A stretch of 58,667 bases of DNA from an uncultured Christensenellaceae bacterium (GTDB taxonomy: Bacteria > Bacillota > Clostridia > Christensenellales > DTU072): assembly GCA_964480195.1 (NCBI GenBank), contig CAYZOJ010000002.1, positions 1 to 58,667 of the forward strand, given 5' to 3'. The notes under the pieces were generated by a model. It did no database searches and was not told the DNA's origin. It saw nothing but the letters and a program-made list of their open reading frames with translations. This document shows positions 37,964 through 51,200 of the stretch, one piece after another; position 1 is the first letter of the stretch; each line of letters begins with the position of its first letter. A program made the position numbers and the translations under genes.

Positions 37964-38770
37964 ATGAAACTCAATTCAAAAGCGGAAATCGTACACGGAA
38001 AAAAGCAAGTTTACACCGATTTGGTAGTATCTGCACATCAAGACGATATCGAGATTATGTGTCCCCAAGCGATAATTAAGGGATACCAAAGTGCGGAAAA
38101 CGGAATGGTTGCGGTCGTTTGCACTGACGGTGCGGGAAGTCCTCGCGCAGGCGAATTCGCAACGATGACGGACGAAGAAATGAAGCGTGTTCGCAGGGTA
38201 GAGCAGATACGCGCGGCGGAAGTCGGCGACTACTCCGAACTCGTAATGCTCAACTATACGTCGTCGGAAATGAAAGACAGGGGAAATCCTTCTCCCGCAA
38301 ACGACATCGCGGAAATTATCAAGGAATACCGTCCTCGCGTTATGCACATTCATAACCTTGCGGACAAGCACCCGACGCACGTCGGCACGGCGGTAAATTG
38401 CATTAAGGCAATACGTTCGCTCCCCAAAGAGCTTCGTCCCGAAAAGCTTTACGGTTGCGAAGTTTGGAGAGGTCTTGACTGGCTCGACGACGAAGAAAAA
38501 GTCGTATTCGACCTTACCGGATACGAAAAACTCATGCGCGAAGTGCTTGACGTTTACGTCAGCCAAATCGCGGGCGGAAAGGCGTATTGCACGGCGTCCA
38601 TAGGCAGAAGATTCGCAAACGCTACGTACTCCGCAAGCCACGGTGTGGACGTTTGTGAGCTTGCGTCTTACGCGATGGATCTCACTCCTCTAATTGAGGA
38701 CGACACCATAGATCCGCGCGAATTCATTCTTACAAAGATTCGCAAATTCGAGTCCGACCTCTTGATTTAG
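37964..38770 (+). CDS. PIG-L/LmbE-family N-acetylglucosaminyl deacetylase
   Basis: VVSAHQDDIEIMC (a variant of the PIG-L AHPDDE motif) and a downstream HxxH-type metal ligand (HNLADKHPTH). SD is AAGGAGAG. Confidence 0.8.
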   Translation: MKLNSKAEIVHGKKQVYTDLVVSAHQDDIEIMCPQAIIKGYQSAENGMVAVVCTDGAGSPRAGEFATMTDEEMKRVRRVEQIRAAEVGDYSELVMLNYTSSEMKDRGNPSPANDIAEIIKEYRPRVMHIHNLADKHPTHVGTAVNCIKAIRSLPKELRPEKLYGCEVWRGLDWLDDEEKVVFDLTGYEKLMREVLDVYVSQIAGGKAYCTASIGRRFANATYSASHGVDVCELASYAMDLTPLIEDDTIDPREFILTKIRKFESDLLI

Positions 38771-38820
38771 GGGCGGGTGCGAGGCGCGCGAAGGCGCCGA
38801 GCGGTTAAATAAAAGTAAAT

Positions 38821-38852
38821 AGTCGGCGTTTTCGGACGCCGACTTTATTTTT
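38821..38852 (+). terminator. Strong terminator closing the 4-gene operon, upstream of the giant gene
   Basis: AGTCGGCGT-TTTCGG-ACGCCGACT followed by TTATTTTTT. Confidence 0.8.
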
Positions 38853-39012
38853 TCACTTAAACTTCATAAAAATTTCTTTATACTTCACGGGGGAACGGGT
38901 TTCCACAACATATTGCGGTTTTCGGGTTCGAGGTACCCAATTTGTACCGCCCGATGTGTAGGTTGTGTGAACGTTACATTAAAATGCGCGTATAAAATAT
39001 TATAAAAGACTA

Positions 39013-39041
39013 TTGACAAAAAAATGCCGTCGTCGTAAAAT
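39013..39041 (+). promoter_or_regulatory. Candidate sigma-A promoter of the giant gene
   Basis: Consensus TTGACA (39013..39018), exactly 17 nt, TAAAAT (39036..39041). Lies about 115 nt upstream of the ATG. Confidence 0.6.
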
Positions 39042-39141
39042 AATTGCAGAGCGGAGCCGAGAAGTCGGTTCCGTTTTGAAATTTATTATTACGCGCGTAA
39101 TACGCCGACGCGTAAAACGCCCGTAAACTCCACCACCTCAC

Positions 39142-39147
39142 AAGGAG
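39142..39147 (+). promoter_or_regulatory. Shine-Dalgarno sequence of the giant gene
   Basis: AAGGAG, 7 nt before ATG 39155. Confidence 0.7.
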
Positions 39148-39154
39148 AAACACA

Positions 39155-39229
39155 ATGAAAAAAGGTTTGATTTACAAGCTGGTGCTAGTGATTTTGATAG
39201 CCTCGCTTGCTCTTGTTCTCTTCGCTTGC
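39155..39229 (+). other. Lipoprotein signal peptide with lipobox L-F-A-C (Cys25) of the giant protein
   Basis: MKKGLIYK (basic n-region), LVLVILIASLALVL (h-region), FAC (lipobox), followed by SPREESPTDSD. Confidence 0.8.
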
Positions 39230-42200
39230 TCGCCGAGAGAAGAAAGTCCGACCGATTCCGACGTCATAAGCGGTAACGATTCCGAAGTTGTCGAAGAAAC
39301 GCGCCTCAGGGAGCGTATCAAAGACGATGACGCGAACAAGCTTATACAGACGGGCGTTGACAACAACCTCGAATACTACTCCGCTTCCGATAATCCGGAA
39401 TGGTACATAATCGACATGACGATGGAGTATGAATCCGAGTATTTCTGGCTTGACTCCGAAGAGCTCGAAGACACGAGTTCGGCGTTCCAAATGGAACTCA
39501 AGGCGAATTTCAATCTTAAAGAGAATTCCAAGAGCCAGTTGTACTTGCAGGTTCGTAACGCGAACAGACAACCCGTATTCTGTGTTTACTACGCTTCCGG
39601 CTATACGTATGTAGTCGTCGGAACGCAAAAATACTATACGCCGGAACTCAACTTTACAGAGGTGGGTAAGTTGGTTTACGGAGCGTTGGCAGGTACCGAT
39701 CTCAATTTGGTACAAGCATTGGGCGGTCTTATGTCGGGCGGTTCGACCGGCCTCGAATCTCTCTTAGGTAGCTATGCGAGCTTGCTTACCTTTGTCCCGT
39801 CCCTTATTTACCCTACGGGCAAAACAAACTCTTATTCGACAGTTTACAATTACGACGCCGTATCCGGCAAATATCTCAACCAAGACGTAAGCAGAACGAT
39901 TAAACTCAACGACTTGCTCAATATGCTTTCGGGTAGCGGTATTTCCATTCCCGGCGTATTCTCGATATCTTTCGGAACGATCTGGGACCTTGTCGGACTC
40001 AACCTCGACCCCGTACTCGGACAGTTCCTCGGCTTCACTTTTGAAGATCTCGGCAACAAAGATTGGCCCAAGATGAACGCGTATCTTACCGCGCGCACGG
40101 AACTCGAAACCTTTACCAAGACGGACGACAACGGAATCGAATCCGTGGTTCAGGATTACGTTATGAAGGGTATCGGCATCGAGATCGGAACCACCGGCGA
40201 CGTCGAGCAAACGCGTGAAAAATACGCGGGCTACACGCCTTCCGATATGGCTTCGGGCGAAAAGGTTGAAGAATACAGCATCAATATCGGTCTTACCCCC
40301 ATAATGATGTATGCAAGCGACGAGCCTTTGAGTATCAACTTCGGCGGACTCGGACTTAACGAAAGCGGACGTAAAGACACTTATACCGAAGGCGGTCTCG
40401 GCAACATAGCTCTCGGAGCTACAATGTACGTCGAAAACGACGCCAACGGCAAGATAACCCTCAACTCTATTTTGGGCGAAGCATTCGATTTGAACCTCGG
40501 CGCTCTCGGCGATATGGCAATAGATTTCCCGTACGCCGCTCGTTACGCACTCGGTCTTGACGTAAAAGTCGCTCTCGACTTCTTCGACGCTCAAAAAACT
40601 CAACTCGAATTGACGATATCGTTTAACGATACGCCTCTCATCCGCGCGTTTATAGACGGCACCGACTTGTATCTCAACTTCGACGATATGCAAGCGTATT
40701 CGGGAGCCGTAATCCCCAAACTCAAACTCAGCGGTTTCAGCATAAACGGTATGCTCGGAGGCATACTCGAATCGGCAAGACCGTATCTCGACCCGAACTA
40801 TACTGCGTCTACAATTCAAAATATGTCTTCGTCCGCACGTAACGAAGAGGGCGACGGCACCGAAGAAGGCTCGTCCGTAGACGTCATGGCAATAATCAAG
40901 GTAGTCCTCGACAACCTCGTATTGCCGGGAAGAGGCGACTACCGCGTAGACGCAAACGGCGAAATCGAACGCGACGCGGACGGCAACCCCGTTCCCAACG
41001 ATTGGGTAATATCCCTTAATCTCGACAACAAAGCGTTGACCGAGATATTCGGCATGATTACTCCCGTAAACGGCGATTTGGGCGAAGATCTTTGCATAAA
41101 CCTCTCGTTCGTTCAACAGCTCGAGTTCCTCAGCACGATAGCGCTTAACGTCGATATAACCGATTCCGTAAGACTCGGACTTACGTTCGACAATATCTCC
41201 TACCTCAGCGAACCCGACTGGGATAACTACGAAATGATCGACACCGCGGAAAAACGCGAAGCGTACACCGATATGTCGATATTCAAGACCGGCGAAGACT
41301 ACACCTACGTCAACACCAAGTACAGCGTGTTTATGCAAGGTTCGGTAAATCTCGGTATGAACCAGTCTACCGAAGAGGGTATCGACCTCGGCGGACTCAT
41401 CGGACAGTTCATCGACGGATTGTTGCTTTCCATCAACATCGAAAGAGGCAAGGACCTCAAATTCGAGTACAGATTGGAAGCTAATACCAACCTCCTCGAC
41501 TTATCGACGACAACCCTCAAACTCAGCGTATTCCACACCGATCCTCTTACCAAGAAGGAAACCGTGTACATACGCATATTCTATATGGGCACGGACGATA
41601 CGTTATATATCGACCTCAAAGACCTCAAACTTCTTTCCGACCAAATCAACGGTTTGAGTTCGCTCGGCGACCTGCCTCGTCTTAAATACGAAAATCTCGG
41701 TTTGAAAGACATGCTCCAAGGTCTTGACATAGCCGGCGCGATAAGCGGAATCGTTACGAACGGCGGGCAAAACGCTCCGCGTTCTCTGACGGTTGACACG
41801 TCCGACCCCGATTTCTTGGCCAAAACGCGCGACTCCATAGTCGGATTGCTTTACGCATTCAATACGATTGGCGGTTACGAAGGATTCCTCGGCAATCCCG
41901 CCGAAAGCATCGTCAACGCGTTTAACGCGCTTTACGGCGAAGAGGGCGACGGTTCAGAGGGCGACGGCTCCGAAGGCACCGACGACGGCGGTATCGACAT
42001 TATGGCGATAGTGGCGGCGGCACTCGAAGGCGTTACGATAGACGATATAGCGGGAACACTCTCGATTAACGTCGCGGCGAACGTTTTGAGCGCGGTTATG
42101 ACCATTCTCCTCGCTCCCGTCGACGAGTTCGGTAATCCCGCGACAATAGATATGCCTCTCGTACACGCATATGTCCAACTCAAGTTCATCAATTTCGATT

Positions 42201-45200
42201 TCGATACCGAAGAGCTTCCCGAAGACGGCTATGCGACGATATTCCTTGCCATTCGCGACAGCGGTGACGAAAATCTCGACGCGGTTTACCTCAAAGTCGA
42301 TTTAATCAAGGACCTCGGCGTGCGCGTAGGACATCTCAACCTCTACTCCGACATTTCCGAAACGAACTATACCGGTTCGTTCGAAACGATACAGGAGTTC
42401 CTCGACGGTCTTACCATAGGTCTTCGTATGAAGGGTCATTTCGACTTGACCGTTCAAAACGAGCCTCAATATAAGGTAGACGACTCCGGCGAATACATCC
42501 TCGACGAAAACGGCAATAAGATACCTCTCCTCGACGAAGAGGGCAATATCATATACAAGAAAATCGAAGAGTATACCAACGATTATCTCAACGGAATGCT
42601 TTCGGGTCTTATTTCGGGACTCGGTCTCAAGATAAACACCGCGGACTTTGGCGTTGGCATAGGATTTGAACTCGTTGCCAAGATTTCTCTCGCGGGCGCA
42701 TTGAAGATAGACGGCTCCGAAGCGGCGGATCTCATGGAAGTCTTGCTCGGAAGCTCCGAAATAATGGTTCGTCTTTACGACAGCAGAGAAGAGGACAACC
42801 CCTCGATTGTAGCTATCTACCTTAAAGACGGCAACGTATACGTCGATCTTTCTTACTTCGAAATGCCCAGCATAGGCATAACGGACATTTCCAAGCTCAT
42901 CGACGATATCGGCGATCTTACCGGCTCGAACGCCGCCGACGCGGAAAAGGCTAAGACCGCTCCCGCAAACCTCCTCCACCTCGACAGAGTGGCTCAATAC
43001 GCCAACACCGCAAATCCCGAAGCCGTCGCATTGCAGTTGATGCTCTCGCCCGACGCTTTGACGATTAACCTTACCAAAGACGCGATAGCGAGCCTTATAG
43101 GCTTACTCTTGAATACCGAACTTCCGATTGAAATACAGGATACCAACCTCGAACTCGGATACGGCGACGACGGTATCACGCTCGAACTCGATACCGGTGT
43201 CGAAATATTCAACCTCTCTATGGGCGCAAACGACCTCTTCTTAGCCGTTACGCCCGAAGACCTTGAAAGCCTCGAATTCGAAGTGAACATTCCGTCCGAC
43301 GTAGACTTCTATATGACCGAAGACGGTATGCCGTTAAGCGTATACCTCGAACTCGGCGGTTACCTTGCGATATACAGCGAACCTCTCGAAGATCAAGACG
43401 CCAACATCATCGACTTGGCTCCGGCGCTCAGCGGTATTTTACCCGGTGTGGAACTCAGTGCGCTCATAGAGTTCTTGGGTCTTGTGGACAGCTCGCTGTT
43501 CTTCGATATACGCGCAAGCGTCAATATCAACGAAATAGTTAACATCGTCAATAACGGATTCGATTTTGCCGGAATCGAGCAGACGGCACTCGCAATAACC
43601 TTTAAGACTTACGCGAGCAACGACCCGGGCGATGTGGACGCCAACGGCGAACGCAACAAGAGAAACGTCATCGAACTCTATTATATCGACGGCGACATTT
43701 ACGCATATATGGATACGACGATGATAGAACTTCATCGTATCTACATCCCCGACGCCAACGAAATTCTTGCAGACCTCATCAAGAGCCTTACCGGCGACGA
43801 CGAAATCGTACCCGATGAAGGTCAATCCGAAAGTGACGAGTCCGAAAACGAAACCGCAGTGGCGGTAGAGTACTATCTCGATCTCGTTCTCGGCAAGAAC
43901 GGACTTGCAATCAACATCTCCAAAGCATTCCTTATCGGTGTATTGAACGTCCTCGGACTCGATATATCTTCTTATCTCCAAAGCCTCGACTTCGAAGCGA
44001 GCGTTTCTTTGGATACTCGTCCTCTCGGCGCGGATATCACCCTTAAACTCCGCGATATCGGCACTGACGGCGTAGATGATCCCGATACGGATAACCCCAA
44101 CGACGGCAACTTCGTAAGTATGTCTGTCGGCTTGAACAAGTTAAAGCTCATGCTCGACACCGTTATAACGCTTTCCGAAGAAGAACGCGCCAACTACAGC
44201 CAGGTTATGAATATCGACACGATAGGCGTATCCTTGGGCGGTGCCGCTAAATTCGAAATCGAAGTTCCCGCAGGCGAAGAGGGCGAAGTTTCCGACGAAG
44301 AAACGGGTGCCACCGGCAACGTCCGTTCGCTCACGTTCATAATCAACGAACTTAAAGACATTCTCAAAGAGAATGCGGAAAAAGAAAAGCTCACCTGGAT
44401 ACGCGACGCGTCCATCGGTAAATACGATACCGAAACGGTTAAGTATTCCGAAATGTCCGACGCGCGTCTAAGCGAAATTTACGATTCCGACGTAACCGTT
44501 AAAGACTATACTCAGCTCCTCAACTTCGGTCTTATTCTCGAAGTCATCGGCGATACTTTGGACGGCAAATCCAAGTTCGGCGGTGAAGTATTCTATGAGC
44601 TCGAAGCGATTTTGGATATAACCGACATCTCGAACCTCAAAGCGTCGTTGTTCTTAAGCTCTTCCCAAAAGGCAGAGGATAGGGGCGATATCCTTTGGGT
44701 AAGCATAATGGGCGTTTACGACGAAGTAACGGGCGAATACGACATCAACGTGTTTGCGGATCTTACCAAACTCTTTAACGAAGGTCTTGTAATCAACGAC
44801 GTCATTCGCGTGAACAACTTCTCCGCGTTCTCGGAATATATGGATAGATTTACGAAGGTTACCGCGGGCGCGCAAGCTTCCTATAACGCGAGTATGCCTT
44901 TGAACTCTACCAACAACCTCTTGGAGCTCCCGCACAACGAAGCGGGCGAAGTCGTTCCGAGCATACTTACCGGCGCAAGCATAGTATTGGCGATAACTTC
45001 CGACGCAAGCAAATACGGCGTTCCTTACGAGGCACCCATTGCGTTGGTAGCGCCTTCCGCGGCAATCTACTCTCTCGTAGACTCATTACTCGGCGGTAAC
45101 GACGCGTCTTACGAAGTAGCCGTTGACGAAGAAAAGATCAGCACTTACGTAAACGACGGCATATACTCCGCAGACGAGTATTATTACGCACTCCGCGGAA

Positions 45201-48200
45201 TTTACGCGACGCATATCGAAACGCTTGCGACCGCACGCGTCAACGGAGAAATATCCGAAGATACTTACGTTACTGTAAATCACCTCTGGTCCTCCAATGT
45301 TAAAGACGCTCTCGACGAGCTTTACGCAAAGGGCGACAGCGTAATAGCGCAGTACGACGCAACCGTCGCGACGTTTGTTAACGAATACGCAAAGATATTC
45401 ACCGACGCGGACGTTGCGGGAAGAATTCTCCCCAATGCGACGGAGGAAGAACTCAGCGTACTCGAAACCGCTTACAACGCGTTCGACGCGTTCTATACCG
45501 AAAAACTTAAACCCGCCGTTGCGGAACCCAAAGACCCCGACGACGAGCAAAAGACCAACCTTATTAAAGGTTTGCGCGCGATTCGTATAGAGGAAATCGA
45601 AAGTCAAAAAGACTCGATGTCGGTTGCCAATTACGAATATCTCCTCCACGGTATGCTTACCACCCTCGAGGGCGAGCAAGTCGATCCCGCGGATTACGGT
45701 AACATAGACGTTTCCACGTTCTTCGGCGTACACTCTCCGTCCTTACTCCTTGAAATCGGCGCGGCGTCGATTCCCAATGCGGACGGCGGTACTCGTTCGG
45801 CATTCCTCCTCGTCAATATGAGTCTTGCCGAACTCCTTACCGTTCAATTCGAAATAGGCAGTATCAACGTTACGATATCCCCCGACGATTCGTACTATAC
45901 CGGTACCGTTGACGAATACGGCACGTTGCAAGGCGGATTGCTCAACAACAAGAACTATTACTGGCTCAATCCCGACAAGATGGCGGATCAGCACATAGTC
46001 ATTTCGTTGAACGGCGAACTCGACTTCGATGCGGAAGACACCTCCGACGGCTCCGATACGGAAGCCAAGACGGCAATCGACCTTACCGAAATCATACAAA
46101 CGCTCTTGACGGAAGCAGACTTCGGCGCGATGATTCGCAACGCGGGTCTTAATCCCACAAAGCTGACATATGAATTGAGCGTCAACGTCAACTTGCACGA
46201 TATTCTCAAAACGATAGCGACGGGCGACATTTACTGGTTGCTCGTAAGAAGCGAACTGTTGCTCTCTCTCGGATTCAGCGGTGAACGCGAATATTACGAC
46301 GAAGAAACGGGCGCATATCTCGGCACTCACGACAGCACCGAATATATATCCTTATATTACGTAGACGGCGACGCCTATATCGACGGCTCCGTAATCGGCG
46401 TACAGCGCGTTAGAGTAAACACCGCGCTTGCAAACCTCTTCGACTTTATCGGAATGGGCGACATCCGCGATTACTACAAGCCCACCCCCGAAGAATACGA
46501 GAAGACAGACGCGTCGTTCGACCCGCAAAATTACCCGCTCAACGCGCCTTTGACGGGTACGGAATTGTTACCGTACGTACGTCTTGCAATGGGCAATCAG
46601 ACGGGTATCGTTCTCGATATAATGAGCGAAGTTATATTCTGCGTGCTCTCCGGTCTTGACCTCGGCGAAAGCTTCCCCGTCGAAGACCTCGGCGAAACGG
46701 TAAGAAATACCCTTAACGGAGATCTTAACTTCCAACTCGGAATAATGTCTAAACTCGGCTTGCTTGCGGATAAGTGGCCGTCAGAGAACAGAGATATCCT
46801 CGCGCTTGCGTTGAACGTAGGTAACTACACGTTGGGCATGAGGCTCTCCGAGCTCAGCCTCGACCTTATGGACGAAACGGAAACGGCTACCGTATCCCTT
46901 AAACCCAAAGAAATGAACCTCGACAGTTACGAGCTCAGCGAAAACCTCGATAACGTTTACGCTGAACTCTCTCTCGACTTCAATCTCGACGGCACCAACG
47001 GCACCAAGTTCAACTTGGACGAAACCGTAGACGGCATACTCTCCCGCTTCGGAATCAACGACGACGGCTCCGTTAATAGCACGGTAGAAACCATAAGAGG
47101 ACTCGGACTGGAACCCATAATCCAGCTTTTGAGTACCCTAAGTAACCATTACACGCTCGAAATCAAAGGTAACATCAACCTTTCGGAAATCATCGACGAA
47201 AACACCTTCTACGATACGAACTTCTCGGTATATCTCCGTGACAGAGATACCCTCATCGACTATAGCGACGGTAACGGCGAAGTCTACAAGGAAGTATTCT
47301 CCGCTCACTATATCGACCGTGCGCTCTATATCAACGCCGAGTGCTTCAACATTCAGGCTGTACGTATAGACACGTTCTGGGATTTCGTAATGCACGACCT
47401 TAAAGACATCTACTTCCCCGAAACCGACGAAGAACCCGAAGAGGGCGACGGCGACGAAACGGAGGAAGTACAAAACGCCACGGGATTTGCCGGATACGAA
47501 AGCAAATCGGGATTCGATCCGCTTTCGCTCTTGCGTCAAGTCGCGAGCGGTGAAGCGAATAAGGTTGCCGCATACATCAATATTACGGCAAGCCCCGAAG
47601 GCTTTGCGCTAAGCATCGGAACCACGGTGTTGTTCGCGGTACTCCGCGCAATCGGCGGTGAGGCAATGGACTTCTCGAGCTATGTCGAGCCGATAGGCGA
47701 ACTTACCGTCGAAGCAGTACTCTTCGGACCCGAAGAGCTCTTAGGCTTGGGACTTACGTTCGAAGGATACGCGTTCAGCGGTGACGAAAGAATCAATACC
47801 GGTACCGAGGAAGAACCCGTTTATCAAAAAGACGGCAGTAACATTTCGATAAGCTTCGGTATCAGAAACGACTTCAAGGTTGCGTTCAACAACACTTGGC
47901 TTGCGGATAAATACTATATTAACCGCGACAAGTTCTACACGGGCGAATTTACGTCCGACGACGTAACCGTAAGCCACGTAACCGTAGATAACACGATTAG
48001 CGCGCCCGCATACGCGTATATCGACGACGGCAACGGCGGTTACGAAGCGATAGACTACACCGCAGTCGACCTTACCAACCCCGTAATAGGTCTTGAAACG
48101 GTAATTTACATCGACCTCGGCGCGGGCAAGATAACGGGCGACGGCGTAACCGGAACCGTCAGCAGAGAATATGACGAGAACGGCGAATTGTCGGGTATCC

Positions 48201-51200
48201 ATTACAGTGGTTACGATCTCAACAAAGAGCCTTTAACGTCGCTTCTCGCGGGCATACTCGACGCAACTCTCGCTATACTTTTGGAAATTGATTCGAATCA
48301 GTCCGTAACGTACGAACTCGAACTTTTGGTCAACTTCCCGCTCCGCAACTTCAGAGGTATCGAAGTACAGCTCACGTTGAGCGGTCTTTACAACGAGAAG
48401 TATTATCGTCAGTTGTTCAGAGCAAACCTCCACAACTCCAACCTCTACGTCGACCTCACCGCGCTCAACGGACCCAAGTTCTCCGTAGAAGCGGTTCTCG
48501 AAACGATTCTCGGCGAAAAGGAATTTGAAGACGACGTCATTTCGGGTCTTATCGACAGCATATTCGGCGGTGGATCGAGTGACGAGGAAACTCCGCAAAA
48601 CGCGTCAGGCGCACAAAACGCGTCTTCCGCAAAGACTGATACTCCCATCAATATAGATTTGGGCGTCGAAAGACTCATAAGAGGCGTGATGACCCACGGT
48701 CTTGCACTCTATGTAACGGAAGCGGCGGTAAACTCCATACTCCGTATGTTCTCGATGTCCGACCTCGAAATATTCGAAACGCTTTTGGTGGAAATCGGTC
48801 TTGCCGCCAAGAAGAACAGCTTCATATTCGCATTGGATCTCGAAGCGACGGCGGAATACTATGACGAAAACAACACCAGTCAATCGAGTAAAGTTATCGA
48901 CTTGGGACTCGGTATCGACGGATTGCGCCTGAATTTCGAAGGCTTCCCGAACACCGAACTCCTGTTACCGCAGACGGCTAACTATATGCGCGCGGCGGAA
49001 GTCAATACGCTTACTTTGAGCACTGCAATCGAAATCGAAGTAGGGGTAAACGGCGGAACGCTCAATCTTAACGGACTGTATCAAGAAGTCTTGCGCGAAG
49101 ACGGCGCGATAGCCGGTCTTCTCGGCGACGACGACTCGTTCGATTCGCTCTTCGGCAACAACGGCTTGATGACGGCTCTTCCGCAACTCGTAATGCTCGG
49201 CGACGTCGGCGACACGTTGGTATTCCAAATCGACGGTATGGTCTACATCAAGGGCGGACTCGAAGGCATAATCGACAATTTGCAGTTGCGCCTCGAAATC
49301 TACTCCAAGAAGTGCAGAGAAAAGTTCGACATCGTATTTACCTATTATAAGAACCAGCTTTACGGCGACTTCTCTTCGATAGGAATGGGTAAAGTCTTCA
49401 TTGACGACGTCAACTTCTTGCTCGATTGGTTCGGCGGTCTCGGCGGTAGCGACGAAGAAACCGAAGCTCAATCCGCTTCTTTGACCGAAACCGAACGCGT
49501 GGCAAACGCATTCGCAAAACAGTTCCCGACTTGGGCACAGGCACTCGGACTCAATAACGCAAGCTCGGACGAAAATCTCGTAGGTATCGTCAAGATACTC
49601 CTCGGCAACGACGACGGCTTGCTCATCACCGTAACGTTTGAAATGATAGACGTCATACTCAAGATGGTCGGATTGGACATCGGACTCGAAGACTATCTTG
49701 CGGGCGTTCTCAACCCGAGCGCGACGGTAGGCGTAATACCCGGTCCCGCATACGAAATCGGTATACATCTCGACACCGCGTCGAGCACCATACCCAACTG
49801 GAGCTGGGACGAGGAAGCTCAAGAGTATCGTCAAGACAGCGAGCCCAAGAAAGACGAAAACGGTGAATATGTCGAAAACAACGGCGGTTTGGATCTCGCT
49901 CTCCGTTTGATGGGCGGAGATACCTCGATAGGCATCGAAAACGAATCTCTCGTCTACACGCCTTACGGCATACAATCCACTCTTACCCCGCTCATTTCCG
50001 AAGAAGAGAGAAGCGCGTACAAGATGTTCAACGAAGTAGCGTTGACGTTAGGAACCAACTTCGCTCTCCAATTCGACCTCTCCGACGGTAAGATTCAGCT
50101 CAACGCATTACTCGATACCATATTCACGATTCTCGGTATGGAGATGCCCGAGGACTACGAAACCAACATCATATTCAACGGCGGTAACGAAACGTTGTAT
50201 TGCGAAATCAACCTTAGAGTAGGTTTGGATCTTGCAAAACTTCTTTCCGCAAACTCCGAAGACATCACTCACGCCATAACCTTAGAGCTCATCGTTCAGT
50301 ACACGATTATAGATAACGTTACCGACGAAGTCTATATGAACCAAAAACTCATCGAGCTCTATATGTTCGACGACATAATTTACGCTGGACTTAACATAAT
50401 GGATACCGAACTCGGCGTAAAGGTACCCGATATGGGACTTTCCGCAACCCTCCGCGGACTTATGGAGAAACTCTTCATAGTCGATAAGGTCGAAGACGAC
50501 GTTACTACCGGCGGTGGCGAAGAAGGCGGTAATCCTCAAAACGCGTCCTCCAACCCGATTAAGGATATGTACGAGTCGACTAAGGACACCGTCGGCGATA
50601 CGCCGGTAGGCAACCTTATGACTCCTATGATTTACTTGAACTCCCAAGGCTTTGCGTTGATGCTTACCAAGACCCTCCTTATCGAGTGTATCGACGCGGT
50701 TATAGATATAGCCGGCGGTGCGATAGGTACGCAGGACGGCGAACCCATAATCCTTGACCGTGAACAACTCGAGTTCATTGCGGAACAGATTCTCGACTAC
50801 GTAACACTCGGCTTCTATTTCGACCCGGACGAAGAGGGCAATATGAGCATTAAGCTCAACCTCACCAAGGAAGCGGGCGAAGAGCAAATCGAAGAAACCA
50901 AGGAGTGGTACGATTCCGTCGGTTACAGCATAACGCTTTCGCTGTTCCACGACAGTATCATGACCGTCAGCACCGAAACTTACGACGAGCGTCTAGATTA
51001 TCTCCGTTACGACGAAGAGCACGTAAGATATTACGATAACTGCCTCGACACCCGTAACATCGCGTGGCGCGTAAACCTCGGTATCGACCTTTCGATAGGT
51101 ACGGACATTCAACAATACATATTGAACTGGAGCTCGCTCTTCCAAAACGAAATGGACGAGGACGGCAACGTCACGGGCGCCGCGTTCTATATTCAAGCGC

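Noticed and set aside
41942-41977. In-frame 15-nt tandem duplication GAGGGCGACGGTTCA/GAGGGCGACGGCTCC/GAAGGC (encoding EGDGS-EGDGS-EG) inside the giant gene.
   Set aside because: It is just local low-complexity expansion within one acidic linker. It preserves the frame and is too short to call a separate VNTR feature, although copy number could vary between strains.
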